Assembly: GCA_963701855.1 (NCBI GenBank)
Contig: CAVPBK010000004.1
Location: 128,001-192,000 of the forward strand
From: Nitrospirota bacterium
Lineage (GTDB): Bacteria > Nitrospirota > Nitrospiria > Nitrospirales > Nitrospiraceae
DNA: 64,000 bases
Reading direction: 5' to 3'
Shown here: positions 23,257-34,244 of the stretch, piece after piece
Numbering within the stretch: the stretch's first letter is position 1
How the letters are laid out: every line of letters begins with the position of its first letter
Translations under genes and position numbers: made by a program
The notes under the pieces: model-generated
Seen by the model: only the letters and a program-made list of their open reading frames with translations
Database searches by the model: none
Told to the model about the DNA's origin: nothing

Positions 23257-24362
23257 CGATCCCCTACCGATCTAAGGGCTAATCCAACCCCCACAGCAGC
23301 CAGCGGAGCCAGTTCGGCTAACGCATTCTGATCGAAATTGGATCCTGACGTATCAATCTCACTGAATGGATTCGCCATCTCGACGGCAGCCTGCATTCGG
23401 TCTCTCAATTGCGTCTCCAGCCCCTTGATCTGAGCGCCCCCCCCGCACAAGAGAACCTGCTGAACGTCTGCATCCGACATGGTTGACTTGAAATAATCGA
23501 TGGTCCGCGCAATTTCCGACGCAACCTCGGCATTGACACTGTCGATGACCGTGGTCACCGCGGCCTGATTGCTCCCTGCGGAACGTGCCCCTTTTTTCGT
23601 TTCCTCCGCCTCTTCGTAAGACATGCCCACTTCTCGTTGAATGGCTTCCGTATAGCGATTCCCCCCGATAGGAATATCACGAGTGAACAGCGAGATGCCG
23701 TCCCGAATAATATTGATATTCATGACACTGGCGCCAATATTGACGAGTGCCGTCGTGTCCCCCTGCGAGACAGGGTAGTTGATCGCATGCATGTTTTCGA
23801 TCGCAAAGGCATCCACATCCATGACGATAGGAAGCAACCCCGCTCCCTTGACGAGTTCGGTCAGCTCATTAATCTTGTCTTTTTTGGCCGCAACCAGAAT
23901 GATCGACATCTCTCCCTGGGCATCGCCCGCGGCCTCAGAAGAGGGCAACACACTGAAGTCGATGTTCACCTCATTAATATCGAACGGGATATACTGCTCC
24001 GCAGCAAGCCTCACCTGCCCCTCCAACTCCTCATCAGGCATCGGCGGCAAGCTGATCTTTTTAATGATAACCGCATGGCCAGAAATCGACACGGCGACTT
24101 GCTTCACCTTGATATTCGTTTCCTCAAATAATTCCTTAATCGCCGACACCACCCGCCCCTCATCCATCACCGTACCATCGACGATAACTTCCGCCTCAAG
24201 TGGCTTAAAACCAAATTTCTGGAGAATGTACCGCCCTCGGCTTTCCTTCAACTGGACGAGCTTGATGCCACTTGACCCGATATCCAACCCGACGAGCTGC
24301 CGCTTCGGGGTGAACATTGAGAAGAGATCGGTTTCAGCGAGACTCTTGAATGAACTCAACAT
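23253..24362 (-). CDS. pilM: Type IV pilus assembly protein PilM
   Basis: VGLDIGSSGIK, AEQYIPF, LCGGGA and VGLALR motifs. Confidence 0.94.
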   Translation of the reverse strand: MLSSFKSLAETDLFSMFTPKRQLVGLDIGSSGIKLVQLKESRGRYILQKFGFKPLEAEVIVDGTVMDEGRVVSAIKELFEETNIKVKQVAVSISGHAVIIKKISLPPMPDEELEGQVRLAAEQYIPFDINEVNIDFSVLPSSEAAGDAQGEMSIILVAAKKDKINELTELVKGAGLLPIVMDVDAFAIENMHAINYPVSQGDTTALVNIGASVMNINIIRDGISLFTRDIPIGGNRYTEAIQREVGMSYEEAEETKKGARSAGSNQAAVTTVIDSVNAEVASEIARTIDYFKSTMSDADVQQVLLCGGGAQIKGLETQLRDRMQAAVEMANPFSEIDTSGSNFDQNALAELAPLAAVGVGLALRSVGDR

Positions 24363-24621
24363 ACGTGCCTCTGACTGTACACGACTATCCGCGCAAGACA
24401 AATCTTTATGTAAATTTTGCACTGACTGTCGATCATGACCACACCCCCGCGATCTTCAACGTTCTCAAAAAAGAATATGCATCGAGATTATTGCGGCCAT
24501 TTACTTGCATCCTATCCTCCACTCCACATTTCTCGTATAAGGAGCCGTATGGAGATGAATCATGCCTGACACACGTCTGAACTATGCGTCTGTATTGGGG
24601 ATTGGGTTCATGCACATGCTA

Positions 24622-24649
24622 AGTATAGTTCAGATGCTCTACCTGTCAA
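24622..24649 (-). promoter_or_regulatory. Putative sigma70 promoter of pilMNOPQ
   Basis: TTGACA-N16-TATACT. Confidence 0.55.
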
Positions 24650-24730
24650 GCAAATCACTTTTCACGCACACGCTTAATCACGGAAAGACGTGCGGTGATG
24701 GCAGGAGGAAGAGCGTACTGATTGCGTGGG

Positions 24731-25597
24731 TTATTGCCTATGAAGATCGCGATGAGCGACGGTCACTTGATATCCAAGCACTGAAAAACTTTCTTGGAGC
24801 CGGCCGGCAATCGCCACAGACCGATGACGTCCGCCGGTGCAGCCAATTCCAACATTCAAATAACTGCGGCGTTCTCGTTCGAAGAGAGGAATGAGGAATT
24901 TGAAGAGGCCTTCAAGCTGCCCAATAAACGCGACAGCGTCCGGATCGGCCAGCACATAGGTTCGCACCCGCGGGTCTTCTCCGGTCAATGGTTTGAGGTC
25001 GGGAACGAAGAATGGGTTCCGCAAGAACCGGACATCAAACAGGAGGTCGATGTCGTACGGTACACCGAACTTATAGCCGAATGTCGCTAGCGAGATAGTC
25101 AATCGGCGAAGCGCGCCCTCCTGCCTGAACTGCCTGACCAACAACTCTCGCAACTCATGCACCGTCATATCGGAGGTATCAATAATACGATCGGCGTGGC
25201 GCTGCAGATCGGCGAGACGCTCCTTTTCAAACCGCACCCCCTCCAGCACCGGAAGATGCGGCAGGAGTGGGTGCGGTCTCCGAGACTCCGAAAATCGGCG
25301 TACTAGTACCTCTTCACGAGCTTCAAAAAATATCAACTCAACCGCATGACCAAATGCTTTAACCCGCTCAAGAATCCCCACGACATCGGAAAAGAACACC
25401 CGTTCTCTGACATCAATACCGAGCGCGACATTCTTAATCTCCCCCCCCTGCTGATGGCACAACTCGACAAATTCCGGCAGAAGGGCTGGCGGAAGATTGT
25501 CGATGCAGAAATACCCAACATCTTCAAAGCACTTGAGTGCATGCGATTTCCCTGAACCAGAAAGACCGCTGATCACGACTAATTTGAGTGCAGCCAT
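24731..25597 (-). CDS. rapZ: RNase adapter RapZ/YvcJ family P-loop protein
   Basis: SGLSGSGKS, DNLP, FSESRRPHP and GCTGGRHRS motifs. Confidence 0.95.
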   Translation of the reverse strand: MAALKLVVISGLSGSGKSHALKCFEDVGYFCIDNLPPALLPEFVELCHQQGGEIKNVALGIDVRERVFFSDVVGILERVKAFGHAVELIFFEAREEVLVRRFSESRRPHPLLPHLPVLEGVRFEKERLADLQRHADRIIDTSDMTVHELRELLVRQFRQEGALRRLTISLATFGYKFGVPYDIDLLFDVRFLRNPFFVPDLKPLTGEDPRVRTYVLADPDAVAFIGQLEGLFKFLIPLFERERRSYLNVGIGCTGGRHRSVAIAGRLQESFSVLGYQVTVAHRDLHRQ

Positions 25598-25610
25598 GCC
25601 CGCCTGTTCC

Positions 25611-26126
25611 TTATGGATCGATCAGGACCACTCGATCATGATCGAGGCGCTGTAGTATCTGCAACTTTCCAGAAGACAGGGCAGTGAATACCACCAATGA
25701 GCCAGGGAGAGGGTCTAGTTGGCGCTTCGCATCTTCCAAAGTCAGAACTGCCCGAACTGGACGAACGACTTCAATCTCTTCCTCCTCCTTACGAATAGCC
25801 TGGCGCAGAACCTTGCGAACTGATCTCTTGGCCGGTTCTTTATAGTCAGCCTGGCGTTCCTTGTGTTTTCGTATCTGGGCACCCAAGCGATCCACAAGCT
25901 GGTCGATCGTCGCGTACATTTCCCGCGTCGAAGCTTTTGCCTGAATTCGTCGCCCTTGCATTGCACAGACGACCTCCGCACTATGTTGAAGCTTGCTCAC
26001 ACCCAGAATCACTTCCAGATGGGTCAGCTTCACTTCATATCGCACGAGCCGCTCAAACCGACTTTCAATATGGTGTCTGAGCGCGGACGTGATAACGAGG
26101 TGTCGTCCTGTAATTTTCATAAACAT
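25611..26126 (-). CDS. hpf: Ribosome hibernation promoting factor (long-type, with C-terminal extension)
   Basis: ITGRHLVITSALR and MYATIDQLVDRLGAQIRKHK; follows rpoN. Confidence 0.88.
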   Translation of the reverse strand: MFMKITGRHLVITSALRHHIESRFERLVRYEVKLTHLEVILGVSKLQHSAEVVCAMQGRRIQAKASTREMYATIDQLVDRLGAQIRKHKERQADYKEPAKRSVRKVLRQAIRKEEEEIEVVRPVRAVLTLEDAKRQLDPLPGSLVVFTALSSGKLQILQRLDHDRVVLIDP

Positions 26127-26253
26127 TCATCCTTTCTCGCTGAAAAGCCTCGGCCCTCTGCCATTCGACTATGCTTGTTAGTTCTGAGCATCAGTACCAC
26201 CAGGAGAGAAACCAGATAAGAGGCGCGTACACGCGCAGCTGGACAGGGAAGGT

Positions 26254-27765
26254 CTAAAAGAAACGCTTACGCTGAGTGGCGGATGGAATATGTTCTTCCG
26301 CCCGATACTTGGCCACCGTCCGTCGCGCGATCACAACCTGCTGCGTAAGCAGCCGCGCGGCAATCTCTTCATCTTTGAGAGGGTGGCTCGCATCTTCCTC
26401 CGCCACCATTTTCCGAATCATCTCTCTCACCGTCACGGACGACATCATGTCGGAGTGCTGGTCCGCTCGCTGCAAACCAGCATTGAAAAAGAACTTCAGC
26501 TCCAGCATTCCTTGTGGGCAATACATGTACTTATTTGCCGTCACACGGCTGATTGTCGACTCGTGCATCCCAATATCCTCAGCCACCTGCTTGAGCACCA
26601 ACGGTTTGAGATGCTGCACGCCCTTTTCAAAGAACTGCTCCTGAAACTTCACGATACTTGCCACCACCTTGACAATCGTTTTATTCCGCTGCTCAATGCT
26701 GCGAATGACCCATTGCGCAGCCCGCAGCTTTTCATCTAGATAGGCCTTTGTCTCCGCCGACCCGCTCTCCCCTCCCCCCATCAGTTGCTTATAGTACGGA
26801 CTGATTCTCATACGAGGCAGTCCGTCGTCGTTCAGTAGTACCACCCACTCCCCTTCATTCTTGACGACAAACACGTCAGGGACAATCACATAGTTCTGAG
26901 TGTTGGTAAACGGTCGTCCGGGCTTCGGTTCAAGTACTTCAATAACCTTTGTCGCCTGGAAAACCTCTTCTACTGTCACGTCTAAGGCTTTCGCGATCCT
27001 CGCATACTGTTTTTTCTCCAAGTCTTTGAGATGATGCTGAATGATGGCTTCAACGATCGATCCCTTCAATGCGCCTGGCCGAGCCCCTAATGACCCCATC
27101 GGACTCTTCCCCAAGTGTCCGACTTGTAAGAGCAGGCATTCCGCAAGATCTCGTGCCGCCACGCCAGTCGGATCAAAGCTTTGAATATCCTTCAGGACTG
27201 ACTCCGCTTCCACCTCAGGGAAATCGGTTCCCCCGACCATCTCTGCGAGAGACATGCGCAGGTACCCATCATCGTCAAGGTTACCGATGATCAACCGCCC
27301 AATTTCCTTTTCACGATCCGATAAACCAGAAAACGACAGCTGCCAGAGGAGATGGTCTTCCAGGGATGTGGCTTTCGCCATGGTTTGTTCATAGGATGGA
27401 AACTCGTCCTGCGAGGACGACCGAGACTCGGATCCGCCTATCCGACGATCACTCCCAAAATATTCTTCCCAACCAGCCGCTGAGGCCTCATCCGGTGTAT
27501 CTCGTTCTTCCGGAGTCGACTCCTCCGCATTCGATGCCTCACTGTCCGCCGATGCCGCAGCATCTTCCGCCTTTTCCTCTGCACTTCCGGCCTCGCTCTC
27601 TTCTGTCTCAGTGGGAAGATCTTCCAAGAGCGGATTCTCCATCAAATGCTGAGTGAGGCTCTGATGGAGCTCGAGTCTCGACAGCTGCAGCAGTTTAATC
27701 GCCTGCTGCAGCTGGGGAGTCATGATCAGCTTTTGACTCAGTCGAAGGTCGAGCCGGAGCTTCAT
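26254..27765 (-). CDS. rpoN: RNA polymerase sigma-54 factor
   Basis: MTPQLQQAIKLLQL, HESTISR and RpoN box ARRTVAKYR. Confidence 0.98.
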   Translation of the reverse strand: MKLRLDLRLSQKLIMTPQLQQAIKLLQLSRLELHQSLTQHLMENPLLEDLPTETEESEAGSAEEKAEDAAASADSEASNAEESTPEERDTPDEASAAGWEEYFGSDRRIGGSESRSSSQDEFPSYEQTMAKATSLEDHLLWQLSFSGLSDREKEIGRLIIGNLDDDGYLRMSLAEMVGGTDFPEVEAESVLKDIQSFDPTGVAARDLAECLLLQVGHLGKSPMGSLGARPGALKGSIVEAIIQHHLKDLEKKQYARIAKALDVTVEEVFQATKVIEVLEPKPGRPFTNTQNYVIVPDVFVVKNEGEWVVLLNDDGLPRMRISPYYKQLMGGGESGSAETKAYLDEKLRAAQWVIRSIEQRNKTIVKVVASIVKFQEQFFEKGVQHLKPLVLKQVAEDIGMHESTISRVTANKYMYCPQGMLELKFFFNAGLQRADQHSDMMSSVTVREMIRKMVAEEDASHPLKDEEIAARLLTQQVVIARRTVAKYRAEEHIPSATQRKRFF

Positions 27766-27784
27766 AGGCACACACCCTTACGCG

Positions 27785-28567
27785 TCATAGCTTGAATCGT
27801 TCTCCCAGGTAAACGGCGCGCGCCGTCTCACTCTTGACAATGGATTCTGGAGACCCTGCTTCAAGAATCAACCCTTCGTTGATAATGTAGGCCCGGTCCG
27901 TAATGGACAGTGTCTCCTGGACATTGTGATCGGTGATCAAAATGCCGATCTCTTTTTCTTTCAATCGAGAAATAATTTGTTGGATGTCGGCGACGGCAAT
28001 CGGGTCGATCCCTGCAAAAGGTTCGTCGAGCAACATGAATGACGGGCTCGTCGCGAGTGCCCTAGTAATTTCCAGCCGCCGACGTTCCCCACCTGACAAC
28101 GCATACGCCATGCTCGTTCGAATATGGCTGAGATCCAGTTCCTTGAGAAGGAGATCGACACGGTCGCGACGCTCTGACCGAGAATAGTTCAGCATTTCAA
28201 GAATTGCCAGAATATTGTCTTCAACCGACAAACGTCGAAACACTGATGATTCTTGGGGAAGATACCCTATTCCTTTCCGCGCACGTCTGTACATTGGCAG
28301 ATCCGTGATCACCTCTTCTCCGAGCAAGATCGCCCCTTCATCTGGCTGGCATAGACCGACGATCATGTCAAAAATGGTGGTTTTTCCAGCCCCATTAGGT
28401 CCCAGCAAACCCACGACCTCCCCAGCGCGGATTTCGATCGAGACGCCTTTCACAACCTTACGCGCACGAAAGCTTTTCACCAATCCCGTCGCGCGTAACC
28501 AGTCACCCTCTGCCCTGTTCACCGGGAAGCCAGTCAGCGACGCATTTCCCTGAATCGACTCGATCAC
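27785..28567 (-). CDS. lptB: LPS export ABC ATPase
   Basis: [29 protein letters not shown] and ITDHNV motifs. Confidence 0.96.
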   Translation of the reverse strand: MIESIQGNASLTGFPVNRAEGDWLRATGLVKSFRARKVVKGVSIEIRAGEVVGLLGPNGAGKTTIFDMIVGLCQPDEGAILLGEEVITDLPMYRRARKGIGYLPQESSVFRRLSVEDNILAILEMLNYSRSERRDRVDLLLKELDLSHIRTSMAYALSGGERRRLEITRALATSPSFMLLDEPFAGIDPIAVADIQQIISRLKEKEIGILITDHNVQETLSITDRAYIINEGLILEAGSPESIVKSETARAVYLGERFKL

Positions 28568-29145
28568 TTAGTTGCCCCCCCATCCGGTTCAATCCGTACA
28601 TGCGAGCCTCCCTCCACTACGCTCCGATCCTCTGCCAAGAACATGGTGATTTGCTTACCGCTAACCCTTGTTCCCTTATCCCAGGCCACTGGGTCACCAG
28701 TCAGAACGATCTTATCCCCATCTTGGTAGTAGATGGCTTTCTCACAGGTCGCATTCCCTGAATCCTTTTCGATCTTTACTCGTCCGGTCGCCTCAATCCT
28801 GTTGACCGATCGACTCGACACAGTCGGCACGGCATCAGGCCCTTTCGAAGACGCAGCCCCCTTGACGGCCTCATGTCCTTTCTGATTATCGCCTGTGGAG
28901 GGATCGTGCGCGCGAAATAGCACGACCATGCGATCGGAATAGACAACCAACGACCCGCGAGTCAGTACAACCGCCCCTTCAAAGACCGCTTGGCTGTCCT
29001 GATTTTTTACAGTCATCTTCTTGGACGTAATGGTCGTGCTGACCGCTTGATCAACGCCGCCTTTGGGAATAGCAGCGTCAGCCGATTCGCTCAATGAAGC
29101 CATCCCAAGCGGGAACACATTAAGAAGCAGGAGCCAAATCCACAT
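28564..29145 (-). CDS. lptA: LPS transport periplasmic protein
   Basis: Signal peptide and OstA-like beta-jellyroll pattern ([22 protein letters not shown]); operon position. Confidence 0.85.
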   Translation of the reverse strand: MWIWLLLLNVFPLGMASLSESADAAIPKGGVDQAVSTTITSKKMTVKNQDSQAVFEGAVVLTRGSLVVYSDRMVVLFRAHDPSTGDNQKGHEAVKGAASSKGPDAVPTVSSRSVNRIEATGRVKIEKDSGNATCEKAIYYQDGDKIVLTGDPVAWDKGTRVSGKQITMFLAEDRSVVEGGSHVRIEPDGGATK

Positions 29146-29692
29146 GTACGTCCTCAAGCACTTCAAATTCTTCACGATCCAAATGTCCCAACAACCCGCG
29201 CCCCGTCACCTCTAAGCCATGCCCAACGATACGGACGGGATCTTGCGTACGGATCTCTCCTGTCTGATCAGTCCAAGCCAGATGGTTTGTGTAAATCACA
29301 TACCCACTCTCAGTACGAATCACGAGTGGTTCTGATCGGTTCGCAAGTACGAAGTTCTTCGTTTCCGTGTTCAATGTCCCTTCATCTCCGGTGACCGTCA
29401 ATTCCTTGCCCTGCTGGCCGAACAGTGTCACTGCGACAACTTGGAGCATTGCCCGTCTGTCCCGTTCAAAGAGCCGAGCCTCTTGCGCCTGCACCTTCCA
29501 TTGAACCGTATCGCCCTTCGTTTGGGTGAACGTAAACTGGGAGATCGTCGCATCAGCTCTGTCCATGGAGCCTGGCACCACTGCCGTTGGGGTGGGAACC
29601 GTTGTCGAATTGGTCACGAGCAAATACACGAGGAAACAGGCCAACACCGCACTAAGCGCTAACAAACCTCCTTGTGCCCAGCGTTGCCACAC
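29120..29692 (-). CDS. lptC: LPS export protein LptC
   Basis: N-terminal TM followed by beta-rich domain; upstream of lptA. GTG start at 29692 inferred. Confidence 0.8.
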   Translation of the reverse strand: MWQRWAQGGLLALSAVLACFLVYLLVTNSTTVPTPTAVVPGSMDRADATISQFTFTQTKGDTVQWKVQAQEARLFERDRRAMLQVVAVTLFGQQGKELTVTGDEGTLNTETKNFVLANRSEPLVIRTESGYVIYTNHLAWTDQTGEIRTQDPVRIVGHGLEVTGRGLLGHLDREEFEVLEDVHVDLAPAS

Positions 29693-29730
29693 TTTGTCCC
29701 TGCTCTCATTTTTGAGCAATATGAAGAAAA

Positions 29731-29747
29731 CTGGCACGATAGTAGCA
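29731..29747 (+). promoter_or_regulatory. Sigma54 -24/-12 consensus site, antisense to the lptC-rpoN operon
   Basis: CTGGCACGATAGTAGCA versus consensus YTGGCACGrNNNTTGCW. Confidence 0.6.
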
Positions 29748-29767
29748 TGCACTTATTACCAAGTAAA
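29739..29767 (-). promoter_or_regulatory. Putative sigma70 promoter of lptCAB-rpoN
   Basis: TTTACT-N17-TACTAT with TG extended -10. Confidence 0.5.
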
Positions 29768-29810
29768 CTTATGCCGGAACCACGGCATGGGCTACTCGGG
29801 AAGATGGAGT

Positions 29811-29840
29811 CAATAACCCCGCCCTTTCGGGACGGGGCTT
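29811..29840 (-). terminator. Terminator-like hairpin after rplQ
   Basis: GCCCCGTCCC-GAAA-GGGCGGGGT followed by TATTG. Confidence 0.6.
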
Positions 29841-29930
29841 CCTGGAAAATATTTATGGACGGGACTGGGAGAATTTGTCGAAGCGTTAACGCAGCGGCAC
29901 ACACGCGAATAGATCTCGCGGACAAGAGAC

Positions 29931-30353
29931 CTATCCAGCAGTGGGGCTCGCAGAGGCTGATGCAGCAGGCGCTTGTTTCTTTGTAGACACAGTTTCAGGC
30001 CGTGTAACGAGTTCGATCGCAACAAGCTTCGCAGCATCGCCGATCCGCCGTCTCGTCTTCACCATCCTCGTATAACCACCGGGGCGATCTTTAAATCGAG
30101 GCGCCACATCACTGAATAGTTTCGAGACGACGTCCTTGCTTCGGATAAATGCAAGAGCTTGCCGCCGAGCCGGCAATGTCCCCTCTTTACCAAGCGTAAT
30201 CATCCGGTCTGTGAACCCTCGAACTTCTTTCGCCTTGGCCTCAGTCGTCTCGATACGCTCATGCTCGAGCAGCGAAGTTACGAGACTTCGGAACAGCGCC
30301 CATCGATGTTTGGTCTGTCGTCCGAGCTGTCTGCCTTTTTTTCTATGACGCAC
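29931..30353 (-). CDS. rplQ: 50S ribosomal protein L17
   Basis: [21 protein letters not shown] and RPGGYTR. Confidence 0.98.
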   Translation of the reverse strand: MRHRKKGRQLGRQTKHRWALFRSLVTSLLEHERIETTEAKAKEVRGFTDRMITLGKEGTLPARRQALAFIRSKDVVSKLFSDVAPRFKDRPGGYTRMVKTRRRIGDAAKLVAIELVTRPETVSTKKQAPAASASASPTAG

Positions 30354-30370
30354 GGCTTCCCTCTTGTTTG

Positions 30371-31372
30371 TTACTCGCTCTTCGAACTACCGCTGATCTG
30401 CTGCACCGCATCCAGCTTCACCCCGAGTCCCAGGCCCATCTCCGTCAATATTTCCTTAATTTCGTTGAGCGATTTCTTGCCAAAATTCTTCGTCCTCAAC
30501 ATCTCTCCTTCGGTCTTCTGAACTAAGTCGGCGATAGTCTTGATATTTGCGTTCTTCAGGCAGTTTGCAGCACGGACAGACAACTCCAACTCGTTTACGC
30601 TACGGAACAGATGCTTATTGACCTCACGTTGCGCCTCATCGCTCCCAAGATCGGCACGCCCTTCGACCCGCTCATCGGGATTGATAAAGATATCGATATG
30701 ATCACGCAAAATGCTGGCCGCTGTGGACAAGGCATCGCGAGGCGAGATGGTCCCATCCGTCCAGATTTCCAAGGTCAATTTATCATAGTCGGTCATGCGA
30801 CCGACGCGGGCATTCTCCACATGAAAGTTCACGCGCTTGATAGGGGAAAATACCGAATCGATCGCGATTACACCAATCGGAAGCCCTTCTTCTTTATTTC
30901 GCTCGGCAGGCACATACCCACGCCCATGCTTTACCGTCATTTCCATATCGAACGAGGCATCCTTGTCCAACGTCGCAATGTGAAGATTCGGGGTCAAGAT
31001 GGTCACGTCTGCATCATGAATAATATCGGACCCCTTCGCTTCACCAGGCCCCTTCTTCTTGAGACGAAGCGTCTTCGGCTTATCAGTATGTACCGCGAGC
31101 CGTAGCCCTTTCACATTCAAAATAATGGAGGTCACATCTTCCGTGATGCCAGAAATCGTGGAGAACTCGTGCAGGACCCCTTCGATCTTCACGGTGGTCA
31201 CTGCCGCGCCCGTCAGCGACGACAACAGTACACGCCGTAATGCATTGCCGACCGTTGTCCCAAACCCACGTTCATACGCCTCCGTCGTAAATCTTCCGAA
31301 CGTTTGGTTATGCGTATCTTTGTCGACTTCCACCCGCATCGGGATCTGAAAGTCTTTCATCGCTTTAATCAT
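30371..31372 (-). CDS. rpoA: RNA polymerase alpha subunit
   Basis: [19 protein letters not shown] and [11 protein letters not shown]. Confidence 0.98.
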   Translation of the reverse strand: MIKAMKDFQIPMRVEVDKDTHNQTFGRFTTEAYERGFGTTVGNALRRVLLSSLTGAAVTTVKIEGVLHEFSTISGITEDVTSIILNVKGLRLAVHTDKPKTLRLKKKGPGEAKGSDIIHDADVTILTPNLHIATLDKDASFDMEMTVKHGRGYVPAERNKEEGLPIGVIAIDSVFSPIKRVNFHVENARVGRMTDYDKLTLEIWTDGTISPRDALSTAASILRDHIDIFINPDERVEGRADLGSDEAQREVNKHLFRSVNELELSVRAANCLKNANIKTIADLVQKTEGEMLRTKNFGKKSLNEIKEILTEMGLGLGVKLDAVQQISGSSKSE

Positions 31373-31455
31373 GTCTCCCCCTTCATCTCATCGAGTAGCC
31401 AGCCACTGAACGGTACCAGTTCCCCGCAGAGACCGCCCCTCTCCCAATTCCGCAT

Positions 31456-32082
31456 CTACCTAGAATACAACTCCACCACCATCTGCTCATTCACCGGCAG
31501 CGAAATCTGATCTTTCGACGGCAGTGTCCGTACCATGCCTTTAAATGCCGGCTTGTCCAGCTCCAACCACTCTGGAATACCTCGTCCATCAACCGACTCT
31601 AAGGCCGCCTGGATTGAAATCAATGAGCGACTTCGCTCTCGAACGCTAATGATGTCACCCGCCTTGACCTGTGCACCAGGCACATTGATCTTCCGACCAT
31701 TCATGGTTAGATGCCCATGGCTTACCAGCTGCCTTGCTTCTTTTCGTGAAGCGCCGAATCCTAGTCGGTAGGCCACATTATCCAGTCGGCATTCCAGCAA
31801 CCGTAAGAGCACTTCGCCGGTAATGCCAGACTGCCGTTCCGCACGCTCAAACACACCACGGAACTGGCATTCCATTAGACCGTAAATTCTGCGCAGCTTC
31901 TGCTTTTCTCTGAGCTGGGTGCTGTATTCTGAGTTCCTCGGACGCTTTTGCCCATGCTGTCCAGGAGGATAGCTCCGTCGCTCGATGGCGCATTTCTCCG
32001 TCATACAGCGCGAGCCTTTCAGAAACAACTTCTCACCCTCTCGCCGACACAACCGACAGACGGGGCCTCGATACTTTGCCAC
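31456..32082 (-). CDS. rpsD: 30S ribosomal protein S4
   Basis: CRLCRREG, PPGQHG, LECRLDN and VELYSR. Confidence 0.98.
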   Translation of the reverse strand: MAKYRGPVCRLCRREGEKLFLKGSRCMTEKCAIERRSYPPGQHGQKRPRNSEYSTQLREKQKLRRIYGLMECQFRGVFERAERQSGITGEVLLRLLECRLDNVAYRLGFGASRKEARQLVSHGHLTMNGRKINVPGAQVKAGDIISVRERSRSLISIQAALESVDGRGIPEWLELDKPAFKGMVRTLPSKDQISLPVNEQMVVELYSR

Positions 32083-32163
32083 TGCTCTACCTCCGGTTAC
32101 CGGACATCACCACGCAGGTGTGCCCAACAATTCTCATGTCTTCGACTCTCCCAACACACACCA

Positions 32164-32547
32164 CTAGACGCGCCGCCGCTTCGGTGGACGGCATCCATTG
32201 TGTGGAATCGGGGTTACATCACGAATCATATGGATCCGCAATCCAGCGGCCTGGAGAGATCGGATCGCTGACTCACGACCGGACCCAGGCCCATTCACAT
32301 AGACATCCACCGTGCGCATTCCACTCTCCATTGCCTTGCGCGCAGCAGCCTCACCGGCCCGCTGAGCCGCAAACGGCGTGCTCTTGCGAGAGCCCTTGAA
32401 GCCCTGGTTCCCTGAGCTTGCCCATACAATCGTGTTGCCGCTCATATCGGTAATGGTGACGATCGTATTATTGAAGGAGGCCTGGACATGGGCCACCCCG
32501 CTCTGCACGATCCGGCGCTCTTTCTTCTTCCCTTTTTTGATACTCAT
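32164..32547 (-). CDS. rpsK: 30S ribosomal protein S11
   Basis: ASFNNTIVT and [18 protein letters not shown]. Confidence 0.98.
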   Translation of the reverse strand: MSIKKGKKKERRIVQSGVAHVQASFNNTIVTITDMSGNTIVWASSGNQGFKGSRKSTPFAAQRAGEAAARKAMESGMRTVDVYVNGPGSGRESAIRSLQAAGLRIHMIRDVTPIPHNGCRPPKRRRV

Positions 32548-32577
32548 ACAGCTCCCTAGTCAAGTGACGGCCGCGCA

Positions 32578-32964
32578 CTAGGCCGAACGCGCAGGCGGTT
32601 TTGGTTTGCTTCCTACACCTGAGCGACGGCCTTTTCTTGTCCGCGCATTCGTCTTGGTCCGCTGGCCACGGACTGGCAGCCCTTTCCGATGACGCAGACC
32701 ACGGTACGTGCCGCTATCGATCAATCGCTTGATGTTCATCGAGAAGGTCTTTCTCAGATCGCCTTCAACCTGATAGCCTTCTTGAATAATTTCTCGAATC
32801 TTGACGATATGCTCTTCGCTCAAGTCCTTCACACGAATTGCTCCATCGATCCCGGCCTTGCTCAGGATAGAGAGTGCGGATGCCCGGCCAATCCCATAAA
32901 CATAGGTCAGGCCGATGTCCGCCCGCTTCTCCCTCGGCAAATCTACCCCAGAAATACGAGCCAT
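32578..32964 (-). CDS. rpsM: 30S ribosomal protein S13
   Basis: [10 protein letters not shown] and [18 protein letters not shown]. Confidence 0.98.
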   Translation of the reverse strand: MARISGVDLPREKRADIGLTYVYGIGRASALSILSKAGIDGAIRVKDLSEEHIVKIREIIQEGYQVEGDLRKTFSMNIKRLIDSGTYRGLRHRKGLPVRGQRTKTNARTRKGRRSGVGSKPKPPARSA

Positions 32965-33009
32965 AGTTCCTCCTACCCTCTTCCTGTAACACTCTCACTG
33001 GCCGGAGCT

Positions 33010-33085
33010 GGGTGGGCCTCAACTGCGCGCATCGAACGAGCGCCGTTTCATCGCGCGCGTTCTGCGAGCACGGAGGCCGCCCATC
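33010..33085. repeat. Copy of the interspersed repeat seen at 606-645, between rpmJ and rpsM
   Basis: Reverse complement reads CCTCCGTGCTCGCAGAACGCGCGCGATGAAACGGCGCTCGTTCGATGCGCGCAGT. Confidence 0.55.
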
Positions 33086-33098
33086 CCCTGCCGCACTT

Positions 33099-33212
33099 CT
33101 ATCCTTGGCGCTGCTTGTGGCGCGGATTCTCGCAGAGGATTCGCACCACTCCCTTGCGCCGGACCACCTTACATTTTGCACAGATCGGCTTGACGGATGA
33201 TCGCACTTTCAT
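33099..33212 (-). CDS. rpmJ: 50S ribosomal protein L36 (not in ORF track)
   Basis: Translated by hand: [37 protein letters not shown]. Confidence 0.97.
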   Translation of the reverse strand: MKVRSSVKPICAKCKVVRRKGVVRILCENPRHKQRQG

Positions 33213-33228
33213 ATTCTATTTCACACTC

Positions 33229-33447
33229 CTACTTAAACCGATAGGTGATCCGCCCACGCGTTAGATCGTACGGCGACAGCTCCACGGTCACCTTATCACC
33301 GGGAAGAATGCGGATAAAATGCATGCGCATTTTCCCTGAAATATGTGCAAGAATCTTATGGCCATTGTCCAGCGATACCCGAAACATCGCGTTTGGTAAC
33401 GTCTCGTTCACTGTGCCTTGAATTTCGATGATATCTTCTTTTGGCAC
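33229..33447 (-). CDS. infA: Translation initiation factor IF-1
   Basis: [15 protein letters not shown] and [10 protein letters not shown]. Confidence 0.98.
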   Translation of the reverse strand: MPKEDIIEIQGTVNETLPNAMFRVSLDNGHKILAHISGKMRMHFIRILPGDKVTVELSPYDLTRGRITYRFK

Positions 33448-33494
33448 TACCTCTATCCCTTCTCTCCAAACCGCATACTCATGCCTTCAACTTC

Positions 33495-34244
33495 TCAGAG
33501 CCGACTTAAAATACACGGCGGCCCGCTCGGCTCAATCGCAATCGTATGTTCGAAATGCGCCGAGAGACTCCCATCTATCGTCACAGCTGTCCATCGATCA
33601 TCAAGAACCTTGACGGCAGCGCCCCCCATGTTAACCATCGGCTCGATCGCGAGGACCATCCCTGCCTGTAACCTGGGCCCCTGCCCAGCCTTGCCATAAT
33701 TCGGCACCTGTGGCTCTTCATGCAACTGCCGGCCAATTCCATGGCCTACAAACTCTGTCACGACCGAGTACCCGGCAGACTCCACATGCCGCTGAACCGC
33801 ATACGAAATATCAGATAGTCGATGACCCACCACCGCTTGCTCGATTCCGAGATACATCGCTTCTTCAGTCACTTGAACCAAACGGGCATTCCGCTCGGTC
33901 GTCTGCCCCACCGGGACCGTGACCGCTGAGTCCCCATAAAACCCGCCAACGATTGCCCCAAGGTCGAGTCCGATGATATCCCCTTCTTTTAGCACTCGCT
34001 TGGAAGGAATTCCGTGGACAACCTGGTCATTTACCGAAGCACAGAGCGTCTTTGGGTAATTCCGATACCCCTTAAACGCAGGCTTCGCACCACGGGACCG
34101 AATCTCTTCCTCGGCTATACGGTCCAACTCATCGGTCGTGATGCCTGGCCGCACGGCCTTCTGCAATATTTGTAATGTCTCTGCCACCACTCTCGACGCC
34201 TGAGCCATCACCGCAATCTCATCCAGCGTCTTGAGAATGATCAT
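33495..34244 (-). CDS. map: Methionine aminopeptidase type I
   Basis: VVHGIP, GHGIG..LHEEP, AIEPM and SAHFEHT. Confidence 0.97.
   Translation of the reverse strand: MIILKTLDEIAVMAQASRVVAETLQILQKAVRPGITTDELDRIAEEEIRSRGAKPAFKGYRNYPKTLCASVNDQVVHGIPSKRVLKEGDIIGLDLGAIVGGFYGDSAVTVPVGQTTERNARLVQVTEEAMYLGIEQAVVGHRLSDISYAVQRHVESAGYSVVTEFVGHGIGRQLHEEPQVPNYGKAGQGPRLQAGMVLAIEPMVNMGGAAVKVLDDRWTAVTIDGSLSAHFEHTIAIEPSGPPCILSRL

Noticed and set aside
24363..24620. Possible c-di-GMP riboswitch in the long pilM leader
   Set aside because: No GGCAAAC..GAAA..GGACGCAAAG-type consensus is visible.
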